From Amoebidium appalachense (lineage: Eukaryota; Protista; Ichthyosporea), in contig CAVNZM010000007.1 of the NCBI GenBank assembly GCA_963693365.1, forward strand, positions 9,173,962 through 9,237,961: a stretch of 64,000 bases of DNA, given 5' to 3'. This document shows positions 46,795 through 64,000 of the stretch, in pieces (position 1 is the first letter of the stretch; the number at the start of each line of letters is the position of its first letter). The position numbers and the translations under genes were made by a program. Under the pieces are notes generated by a model that was given only the letters and a program-made list of their open reading frames with translations, did no database searches and had not been told where the DNA came from.

Positions 46795-48425
46795 CGGGGA
46801 GGGAGGGGTAGGGGAGGAGGAGAGAGTGCGATGCCCGCAGCGTCGTGTCCATGCACTAGGGCAATATGTGTCCGTGCCAGGTGGTGTGCATAAACATACA
46901 GCTTTGAGCAACGTTTTCATGAGTTTTTGAAACTTGATGACCTATCCATCGTACGCCGTTATTTCTCTGTGCTATGACCTTGGACAGAATGCAAGTGTAT
47001 TAGTACTGCTGGTACTGCGGGCATAATATGTACAGCCTCGTGATACCAACATGGAAGTACCTCCGATGCTGTTCATGTGATATGAGTCCCCATCCGATTC
47101 GAGGCTTCAGGCCTGGTGACCCGTGCCCGCGTCTCTCTCTCCAGGGCCTCCCGGATGCTGCGCGCCAGCGTGTGCCGGCACTCCTGCCAGGGAGGACGAG
47201 TCGCGCAAACTTTCCCGCCACATTCCACAACGTCCCAAAACATTCCAATATGAATCCCCCAAAACTCATATGTGTGGGGTGAGTCGTATGTGTGTAACAG
47301 TGGATTACGATTTTCCAGTTTCGACATTTAGGCCACGTAAAATTCCGTTACAGACATAGGACTGCATGTGGATCTACATATGTTAAAAATCAATAAATTC
47401 ACGCTAAACATGGGTCTTTTAGTTTAACGAGGCTCCATTTTTCGTAGCTACTAGCTACATACTGTTACACACATATGGAAACGGGGTCTAAAATTCCCGG
47501 GAGCGTAGGTACGGACATATGATCGCCCCCCCACTTAGAAGTGTTGGGGGATCCCCAATATTTACAAGTAAGCCAATTAAAATGATCTTTGCCAAGATGA
47601 GCGAATTGCTGCGTTTTCCGTCAGTTGAAATGGAATGTTGGTAAATACAGAGAACAATACTATACGAAATACATATATGCAATTCGAATAATATGGGTAT
47701 TCAAATTTATCTACAGGCAAAATAAATTTATAAACCCCCCTATAGGGGAGCTTCATTGAAAGAACCGGTAGTTGTATTTTCAGAATGTCAACGGAAGCGC
47801 GTAACGCTGCCTCACGTACCGAAAGCAGCCTGAGCGGACCACGGCCGAAAAACGTGACAGGCGAAAGCAACAGATGTGTTTTATGTTTCTGTATGGCACA
47901 GCCCAACCTCTTCCTTTCATCCCCTCTCCTGCACAAAGGAAGGTCGCGAGCACACACCATTATTTAATCCGTAGGCGGTCGAAAAGGCAAATTTTACTGT
48001 TGAAGAACGGTTCTCTCGTTGATCAATGTTTACTCATACTCAATCAGGCTAATCGATTTCGTCTTTCTATAGTTCTTAGTTTATGCCAAACATCTTGTTA
48101 TGTCACAGCCGTATGCCAATAGAGAGGTACCGCATACATAACTGCAGAACAGCTCGCGGTTCCCTTGTGGTTCTGCTGCCATACAGTAAGAAACCCATGT
48201 GCTCCTCATGAAGAGGCCCGTATGCAACATAAGCGAAAATGTACACTTTCAGACACGACATCATTACGACAGTGTGATCAAATGTCCCGTCAACGTTTCA
48301 ATTTACAAACGTAAACCTTTTTTTTCTTTAAACTTATACGCGCCAACTGGCATGGCCTTGCCACCTGGAATCTCACCAATTAACTCATTAACAAGTTGCG
48401 CGCCAACTCAGGCGCTTACACCAAC

Positions 48426-54860
<6,435 letters not shown>

Positions 54861-55623
54861 ATGTTTAAGTACTTGTTCGATAGCATCTGATTAGATGATT
54901 TAACTTTAAATTTGATAGGAGGTGAATGCATTTGACTTGCATCGCCCTTTCCTGTTTAGACAAGTCGAATTTCCTGTAATTATACTCGGCCGCGTTATAG
55001 TGCTAAGAGAACTTCTTTTAATGATTTGTTGGCCCAAGTACTACACATGAAACCTGGTTTATAGCTATGTTGAGCTGGTGCGTCAAGAACACTGATGTGT
55101 TTTATCCCTAATTCCCTAACCGCAAGCTTAAATCCAACTTAGCAAACGAAAGAATGATGTGCACTTCGGCAATTATACACATGTACAGAGTCACAATATC
55201 ATGTTGACTCGTTTTCGGAGTTGGGAATTGGGAAACAGAAATAAATTGAGACTTGATGGTCACATGCCGCATAATGATTGCCGGCACAAAACTTTGAACC
55301 AGACGCACTCACCTTCGCAACTCATGACACTAGTTGTAGTTGCACACATGAGCTGCTTGAGTGGGCACAGCTCTTAAGGCTAGTCGCATTTCACGATATG
55401 CTTCAACTGAAGGCAAAAAGATGTGAAACTTGAATACGGCCCCCTCCTCCCCTCCCCCTCCTCGCCCCCCTCGCCTCCCCCTCCTCCTCCCCCCCCCCCC
55501 ATTGGAAAAGAAAACAATAAATTGAAAATCGTCACATGCATGCATATGTGTGTGCCCCCTGGCCATATAGCAGCACACGCACACACGTGACACACACACA
55601 CACACACGCACACACACACGCAT

Positions 55624-55694
<71 letters not shown>

Positions 55695-56392
55695 ACACAC
55701 AGAAGCGCGCGCACACACACATACACACAAATACACACAAACACAGTGTCACACACACACAATACACACACAAGCGCACACACACACGCACACACACTGC
55801 ACACACATACACACATGTACAACACACACACACACACACAAACAAAATGAATTAACACACACAACACAAACCCAATTGTTATACGTATAGCCACCCAACT
55901 TAATTTAACCCATTTGTCTCTCCTTGCAAATGGAATACTACATATATGCATGTGCGGATGTGTAATTATACTATGTGTGTGCACATGCGTGTGTACGTAC
56001 ATGTGTGTGTGTGTGCAGTGAGTGACACGGTGACACAATGTGTGTGTGCATTATTGTGTGCGAATTCCGGATCCCCGTGGAAAAGGGAGCCTTGAAAGGC
56101 CGGGCCGGAGGGGCTGGATCACCCTGGGGAAGGGGGGGGGGGGGGGGGGGGGGGGGGGTGGAGGGGGGGGGATTGTTGTTGTTGTAATGATCCTGGTTAA
56201 CGTCATATCTTCCAAGAGATGGGAAAAAATTACACTGTGACAAAACGTAATACATGTTCGACTTGAGTATCGCAACACCTTCGTCGGACTCCATTGCAAC
56301 TCACACTTGCAATTGAACTTTTTAGGTTCGGTTGCCTTACCGGGTTGGTCTGTCTGTACAGTATTAGCCTGGATTAACTAATAAATCATGGC

Positions 56393-56580
56393 AAATACGC
56401 GTCCAAAGGCCACCCAGCCCCCTCTCAGCTAGACTGGCACCCCCCCCCCCCCCCCCCCCCCTGTAAATACGCGTCCAAATGCCGCCCAGCCCCCTCTCAG
56501 ACTGCCCCCCCCCCCCCCCCCCCCCCCTCCCCCTAAATACGCGTCCAAAGGCCGCCCAGCCCCCTCTCAGACTGCCCCCC
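56393..56580. repeat. Three ~42-bp direct repeats separated by poly-C
   Basis: AAATACGCGTCCAAAGGCCGCCCAGCCCCCTCTCAGACTG-like units at 56393, 56465 and 56535. Confidence 0.85.
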
Positions 56581-57424
56581 CCCCCTCCCCCCCCCCCCCG
56601 GCCCCTGCATGTCACACACGTTCACACATGCATATGCATATGTACCGACACACACACACACACACACACACAAATGTGTGTTCACGTACACACACGCACA
56701 TACATACACAAAAACAGTTACACATATAGGCACACACCCGGATCGTGTAAGATGTTGATAAGTAAAACTGTTATACAGAACATACACATTTATTAACCAC
56801 TGCTCAAACACAGCATACCCCCCCCCCGTGCACCCTCAACTTTCAGTGGGGAAGAGAGGGGCGCAATACAGTCTGACAGTGCTCTCACATAGTGGCACAC
56901 AACCAGTCCTGTCGCATACATATAAGATCCATATACCACTGCCCACGGACCATGGCATTCTTTTGCATGAATTTGCACATAAACGTAAACAGATGTGTGG
57001 ACAGTTGGGAGAAAGAGGAAGGGGTGGGTGGGTGGGGAGGGGGGGAGGAGGGTTAAAGATTATGGGTGGCTGGGGACGGGAGTTGGTTGTCTGCAACAGT
57101 GCAGAAAACTACGTGTAATGAATCTGGCACGGCTGAGGAAAGGGTAAAGGAACTTCAGGGATCCGAGACTGCAAGGATCTCTGTCATATAATCACACAGA
57201 ACAATAACACAGGAGAACCCCCCCCCCCTCCCCCCCCCTCTCCCTCCCTCACATGCCCAAAACAAGGAGGGCATAGGGTGGGTCCAGAGTGGAAAAACGT
57301 AAATGCGAGGGAAGGACAAATTCAGGGTTTGAAAAAAGGTTCAAGCAACCACTTTGCTCTACACGACGATGGGGCATGGAGAAAACTTTCAACACGATGG
57401 AAGGGATGGACGTTAGTTGTGATG

Positions 57425-57491
57425 GTAAAAGGGGACAGAAAAAAAGAGCCAAAGAAAAAAAGAAGGGGGGGGGAGGGGGGGAAGAGAGGAG

Positions 57492-57555
<64 letters not shown>

Positions 57556-57653
57556 AGAGAGGAGAAGAGAGGGAGAAGAGAGAGAGCGAGAGAGGGAGGG
57601 AGGGAGGGAGGGAGGGAGGGAGGGAGGGAGAGAGAGGGAGGGAGGGAGGGAGC

Positions 57654-57699
<46 letters not shown>

Positions 57700-58070
57700 G
57701 AGAAATAGAAGGAAGGGGAGAAAGAGGGAAGAAAGAGTGGGAGGAGGGGGAGGCGGAAAAAAGAGAGCAAGAGGAGGAGGGAAGGGGGGGGGGGGGTGGG
57801 GGGTGGGGACGGAGATGTGCAGATGCGGATCGCGAGAGAGATGTAAGGGAGAGAGGGCCTCAAAGGGGGGGAAGGGGGGGGGGGGGGGGGGGGGAGGGGA
57901 GGGGGATGGGATGGCAAAGAGGGAGTGGAGCAGGAGGAAAAGCGAGCGAGGGAAAGGAAGAGCGAAAGAAAGAGAGGAAGGGAGGAAGAGGGATAGAGGG
58001 GAAGAGCGAACGAAACGAGGAAAAGAGAGAGCGAAGGGGGAGGAGGGGAGAAGAGAAAGGAAAGAAAAAT
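57425..58070. repeat. Long polypurine (GA/GGGA) tract
   Basis: About 650 bp of almost exclusively A/G on the + strand. Confidence 0.85.
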
Positions 58071-59171
58071 AGTCAGCGCGTGGGTGGGAGAGAGGGAGCT
58101 GATTCGGGAATTAAGATTGGAAAGGCAACCCGAGACCGAGGAATAAGGAAAAAGGCGTTGGGAGAGATCCAAAGGCCGAGAAAATGGATGCGTAAAGGGC
58201 CAGGCAGAGGGGACCTTCGGGGAGTAACAAAAAGGAGCAAGGCAAGGGGAGCAGAGACCATGCAGAATCTAGCAACCACCCAAGATGTAAATCGCGTGCA
58301 AACAAAAAAGAGGCTAGTCATATGTGGAGCACGAAACTTGGAGCAAGAATAAATAAGCTTCAAAAACACTGAGGCACGCACCAAACTTTATGTGTAAGTG
58401 TTTGCACCGACGGTCATCGTGCAAATTCTGTTTACCAACGTGCTGCCCTCACGGGTGTAGACATGACAAAATAAAAAAAAAGGGTGATAGGGGTGCCAAG
58501 TAATAACTGCTTTATAATCTAGGATTATTCACTCAACACATCACTGGGAGAGACCCAACACACGTCATTCACCAGCTTTTTGAGACGTTTTTGGCAATTT
58601 CTCCGCCGTGGTTCATATGCATGACTGGTGACCACAGAAAACGAGCCTGAAGAATTGCAGCACTGACAGAGAGCAAATCAATAACCTCTAAAATTTTACC
58701 TACTTGATTACGACCAATAACAATGTGAGCTCGATGCTGTCAGAGCGCTGTAAAACGCATCGTGATGCCGTGCGCAAATGAAATGCAACCATTCCAAAGA
58801 GTCCAGCCGACCACAAGGCATTTACGTTTTTTTGGCCTGTGAGTGAGGAAAAGAGGGAAGATTTTTTTTGCCTATTATTCTTAGAGACAAATTAGGTTGT
58901 TATAAGCGGAAATATCCGCTTTAGTTGTTTTAGTGAATTATCGTTTGAATGTATGGTCCACTCCCCTTTTTTTTTCTCTCTCGCCGGTATTCTGTGGACC
59001 TCAAACGGAAATATCATAGAGTGGTCGGGGATTCATATTCTTTTCAATCAGTGCTACAGGGACGCTCTTAGTGTTGAACCAAACCTTCTTCCTACTGTTT
59101 AACTAGACATCACCGAGGGGTGGCTCTACATCAAAACTAGTAAACACGCTGCAGCGGAACATTAGGATAAA

Positions 59172-59930
59172 ATGGGTGCGGGGGAGCGCAACACGCCCAC
59201 ACCAAACTACCGGTTGGTGGTGTTGGGTGATGGTGCTGTGGGCAAGTCCTGTATGACCATCCAGTTTACTCGCGCCCAGTTTGTGGAGGACTATGACCCG
59301 ACCATAGAAGACGCATACAGAAAGCAGTGCGTGGTTGATGATCAGGCTGTTTTGCTGGATATTTTGGGTAAGTTTTTGGGGTGCTTTGAGGCTAAAGAGC
59401 TAAGCAAGGGGCAGGAAAAGGATGTTTGTCAGCAAAGGGTTGGGGGCATGTGCATTGAATGGGGGCTATGTACTACAATTGGTGGAGGCACTTCTCAAAG
59501 CATCTACATACTCCAGAAGTGGACACACACAGACACATGATCACAGGCACACAGGCAATCACGAGGGGCCATTGTGCATAAACCAAAGCACGTTCACAGA
59601 CACACATACACTTTTGAGCCTGGGGAACAGTTAAACACCCGTAATTAGTCATATGCACACCCACCCACACTCGTGCACATGCACACAAGCACAAGCATGA
59701 ACACAGACACACAGACCCATGCAGATTCGGCTCTATGCATTCACACACCTGTTCACAATCGGTGAGGGCAGTACAAACACGCACACACACATTCACACAC
59801 TCACATGCACCCGTGTGCACCTAGCCACACACAACAAGGCATACAGACAGGACACACGCGCACGTGCATGCACTCACCTGCACTCAAGCACATGTACGCC
59901 TGCATGCATACAGCACGTAAACGCACACGT

Positions 59931-59968
<38 letters not shown>

Positions 59969-61174
59969 AGCACTCACCTGCACTCACCTGCACTTAAGTA
60001 TAAGCTCATTCACTGCAACTATCCACTTCTTTGCTAGTCTTTCCCCTCGCCCTCCCCCCCTCCCCCCTCCTTTTGGGCTCCCCCTGAGGATGGGTTCTGC
60101 TGACGTTGCGTAGTGTGCGTGTTACTGTTGTTGCATACTTGGATGTTTGCCTTTGCGTGTGTCATGCACCGTATATCTCATCATGCAGTTGTACTATGTA
60201 CCGTGTACCGCATCCTGCCCCTCTTCGGCCCTCCCCTGCCATCCCTGATGCATGTGCGTGTGTTTCTTTTTGCACACGTGTGTGTGTCTCCACGTGTGAG
60301 TGCTCACCTGCAACCATGCGTGCAGCAATCCTTGTGCTGTGCATCCGTGTTCCTGTCGGCGCTTGCAGATTAGATGTCTTTTTCAGTATTAGCAACATAT
60401 TCATGCTCATGACACAGCTTTCCCTCTTCCCCCCCCACCCCCTCTCTGTGCTAAGCAATCTGCATTGTGTTGTCTGCCATAACTGTGTACTTCATACCCT
60501 GTTACACAATCTAACCCCCTTCCCCTCCCCCCCCCCCCCCCCCCCCCCCCCTCTCCCCTACATCTTTCCTTCAATGGTTAGCGCAGCTGTCGAAAAGCAG
60601 GAGGGTGTAGGTTTTAGTCCTACTTCGGTCCCTGTTCGATCTTGCGCTTGTGCCGCCTATGGCAATGCTACGGCAATGCTAATTCTCCCCTTTAGGTCGA
60701 CTTCTGCCCTGCAGCTATGCCATATGTCGGCTATGGTGTATGGGGTTCCTGATGCGTGTTTGTTTGCAGATACGGCGGGACAGGAAGAGTACAACTCCAT
60801 GCGCGAACAGTACATGCAGGGAGGGGAGGGCTTTTTGTGTGTTTTTTCAATAACCTCGAGGGTAAGTCATTGGCGTTGTGTTCCTGTATCATGCAACCTG
60901 GATGTGTCATGTTTTTGGCTGTGTCATGACGGCTACGTCAATGTTCCTGGCAAATTGCCCACATGTGTGCCATTATCCAACCACTTTGATGTTTCTTTGT
61001 TTGCTGTCCCTACCGCCTTCCCGAATTCCCATTTTTGATCACGTGTATGAGTAGACCACCCGTCATCGTCTAATGTCTCATGCATTCCTTCCCCTCGCTC
61101 TTTTTTAGGACCTGCCCGTCCTTTTTAACCACCAGAAGAGAAACGCCAAAGCAAATACTGTAGCTGCACATCGA

Positions 61175-61207
<33 letters not shown>

Positions 61208-61559
61208 TTCGTTCGAAACTCAGACGCAATTGATGACTTGGGCCCTCCCTGAGGATGGGCTCTGCTTATGACGCATACTGTGCGCATGGCTGATGCTGCA
61301 TACTTGAATGTTTGCCTTTGCATGTGTCCTGCACCATGCTTCTCATCGTCTATGCGTACTTCGTACTGTGTTCCGCATTCAAACCCCCCCCCTTCGTTCC
61401 TGGCATGCATGCTGGTGTCCATGTCCGTGCTGTCCGTGCATTCCTTTTCTTTGTTTTTAATGTGTCTGCAGGGTGGTTTACGTGTCTCCTGACGTTCGTT
61501 GGGTGTATATCTGGGTGTCCATGCTGGTACTTGGCTTCTGGATTCTTCCCCCCCCCCCC

Positions 61560-61590
<31 letters not shown>

Positions 61591-61814
61591 CCCACCCCTT
61601 CCCCCCCCCCCCCCCCCCCTGGCGGCCTCCACCACCACCACCACCTACACACACACAGCTTTTTCTCCGGGTCTCTCGTTCCCTCCATCCCCCCCCCCCC
61701 CCCCTGCATACTGTGCGCATGGCTGATGCTGCATACTTGAATGTTTGCCTTTGCATGTGTCCTGCATCATGCTTCTCATCGTCTATGCGTACTTCGTACT
61801 GTGTTCCGCATTCA

Positions 61815-61855
<41 letters not shown>

Positions 61856-62458
61856 CCTCCTCCCCTGCCCTTCCCTTCCTCTACTGCTCCCCTTCATGAC
61901 CTGGCCCCGCCCTAAGGAGGGGCTGTACTTATTAATTGTATTCGTTGCGTGGTTTGCACTCAACTTCCCCTCCCCCCCCCCCCCCCCCCCCAAAAAAAAA
62001 GACAAAAACAAAAAAACAAACAAACCCAAAACTCGTATTTGACAAACCCGTATCAATGAGTAACATGTCCCGTCCGGAGACTGCACTGTGCCTTAGTTGC
62101 ATATTCTTTTTGTTGTTTATTTTCGCATACCCCTTTGTGCTATGCAAGGTGTGTTTCTATTGTGTATCTGTGTACGTACGCGTGGTTCTGTGTGATGCTT
62201 TGACGCCCCCCCCTGACGTGCCCCCCCTCTGAGGATGGGCTCTGCTTATTATGCATACTCTTTATGTATGGTTTGCACTCTGCATCGTGTTATCCGTTGT
62301 TCATGTGTACTTCGTACTTTATGACGCATTTAACACCCACACACACACACACACACACCCTCTCCCGAGAATGTGCTTTACTTGTTTTGTATACTTTTTT
62401 TGTGTGGTTTGCACTCGGCGTTGTGTCGTCGGTTGTGAATGTGTGCTCCCTACTAAAT

Positions 62459-62508
<50 letters not shown>

Positions 62509-62730
62509 GGGCAATCCCCATCTCTGTGCTGTACCATGTGTTTCATTGTGTAGCTCTGCACTTGGTTTCTGTTTGATGCATTGTGAACCTCCCCTTCATC
62601 CATGACCTCCTTTGCACACACAGTGTCCGATTATTCTGCCCCACTCACTTACGCCCCACTCCTCACTCCCAATCTTGCAACACACCTACCGTGCATTTCC
62701 TTACTGACAACCCCCCCCCCCCCCCCCCCC

Positions 62731-62774
<44 letters not shown>

Positions 62775-62926
62775 CCCCTGTGCAAACTTGACAAACACCC
62801 TTGCCCTTCCTTTTTTTTTCTTTCTTTTTTTTTTCTGTGCATACTTGACAAACACCCTTGCCCTTTCTTTTTTTTTTTTTTTTTTTTTTTTTTCTGTGCA
62901 TACTTGACAAACACCCTTGCCCTTCT

Positions 62927-62960
<34 letters not shown>

Positions 62961-63214
62961 CCTGTGCATACTTGACACACACCCTTGCCCTTCCTTTTTT
63001 CTTTTTTTTCTTTTTTTTTTCTGTGCATACTTGACAAATACCCTTGTCCTTCCTTTTTTTCTTTTTTTTTTTTTTTTCTTTTCTTTTTTTCTATGCGCAG
63101 GAATCGTTCAATGAGGTTGGCAAGATAGTCAAGCAAATACTGCGGGTCAAGGACACGGAGCATTATCCGATTGTCCTGGCTGGCAACAAGTGCGATCTAG
63201 AGTCTGACCGGCAG
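59172..63214 (+). CDS. Ras-family small GTPase, 3'-partial (continues beyond the window)
   Basis: Exons 59172-59367, 60770-60861, 63101-63214. G1 GDGAVGKS, effector loop [10 protein letters not shown]3 DTAGQEEY, G4 GNKCDL. The G5/CAAX exon is not in the window. Confidence 0.93.
61247..61820 (+). repeat. Near-identical ~110-bp duplication belonging to an intronic repeat family
   Basis: GCATACTGTGCGCATGGCTGATGCTGCATACTTGAATG...CCGCATTCAAAC at about 61275-61385 and 61706-61817; related copies elsewhere (see findings). Confidence 0.85.
62778..63100 (+). repeat. Five ~32-bp repeats separated by poly-T, ending at the Ras exon 3 acceptor
   Basis: CTGTGCATACTTGACAAACACCCTTGCCCTTC-like units at 62778, 62835, 62894, 62962 and 63021. 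Confidence 0.9.
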
Positions 63215-63551
63215 GTAAGCACACATCACCACGCCTTATTACTGAGGAGAACTACACTTACACGAACACAATTGTTTCACCTTCTGTTCCTCTTTTTTGT
63301 TTTTTGTTTTAGTGTGTTTGTCACTCAATATGCCTGTATGTACCCTCATTTCTCCCCCCAATTATGCACACATCACCACATACCAACATCGAAAACAACT
63401 ACACTTTCAACTTGCACAGTCGTTCCATCCTCTGCTTTTCGTCTTTGTTTTGGTGTGTTTGTCGCGTCCCTATGCATACCCCCCCCCCCTCCCCCCCCCC
63501 CCCTTTTCCCGTGGGTACTGTGGATTACGTTGGCCCCTGCTGAGAATGGGC

Positions 63552-63690
63552 TTTGTTCATTATGCATACTCTTTGTGTGGTGTGCACTCTGCATTATTTG
63601 TTCATTATGCATACTCTTTGTGTGGTGTGCACTCTGCATTATTTGTTCATTATGCATACTCTTTGTGTGGTGTGCACTCTGCATTATTTG
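63552..63690 (+). repeat. 45-bp tandem repeat x3
   Basis: TTGTTCATTATGCATACTCTTTGTGTGGTGTGCACTCTGCATTAT repeated three times. Confidence 0.9.
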
Positions 63691-63877
63691 GACTGATTGT
63701 GTACTTCGTACTCAGTAACACATCCCCCCCCTCCCCCCCCCCCCCCCCCCTCCCCCCCGGAACACACTCGTATTTGCACGATCTGTTGTGCTTTTGTGTG
63801 CGCGTGGAAGTCTGATATCTTTCGTCCGACGTGAACATCTACTTCGTATCCTGTTCCACATTCCCTCCCTCCCTCCC

Positions 63878-63924
<47 letters not shown>

Positions 63925-64000
63925 CCGCTTTGGGACCTCGGGATACAACGTTTATTCTCTGTAACGAGGAGGGAGGATGTGTGTGTGTGTGTGTGTTGGG

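Noticed and set aside
46436-47360. Overlapping short ORFs between the kinase and subtilisin genes
   Set aside because: No recognisable motifs or consistent splice model; possibly a decayed element, but unsupported.
47800-47875. GC-rich stems with GAAA loops suggesting a structured RNA
   Set aside because: No match to tRNA, snRNA or ribozyme cores that I can recognise; the stems are short.
57249-58172. Long ORFs (307 aa and 264 aa) over the purine tract
   Set aside because: They are artefacts of stop-poor GA repeats.
57323-58372. Second CAGGGTTTGAA resembling the hAT TIR, with a possible partner TTCAAAAACACTG
   Set aside because: The flanking 8-mers do not match (no TSD) and there are no subterminal repeats.
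62778-63053. CRISPR-like spacing of ~32-bp repeats
   Set aside because: The spacers are poly-T, the context is a eukaryotic intron, and there are no cas genes.

Overview
Intron-rich eukaryotic genomic DNA, dense in poly-C/G runs and (CA)n microsatellites; most short ORFs in the track are low-complexity artefacts. By manual splicing I recover eight host genes: a T-box transcription factor (+), a sterol C24-methyltransferase (+), a small secreted Cys-rich protein (+), a 10-finger C2H2 protein (-), nitrobindin/THAP4-like (+), a stand-alone PI3/PI4-kinase-like protein (+), a proteinase K-like subtilisin (+) and a 3'-partial Ras-family GTPase (+). T-box plus SMT suggests a unicellular holozoan or early-diverging fungus (inference only). 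The most striking element is a 3.8-kb insertion (4065-7887) with hAT-type terminal inverted repeats and a perfect 8-bp target-site duplication (ACATCAAC). It contains no transposase but carries an intact 828-aa non-LTR-type reverse transcriptase with no recognisable endonuclease. Also notable: an intronic repeat family seen only in the sense orientation of four host genes, 3' splice sites preceded by (CA)n or poly-A, and twin MEF2/TATA-like boxes in a bidirectional promoter.
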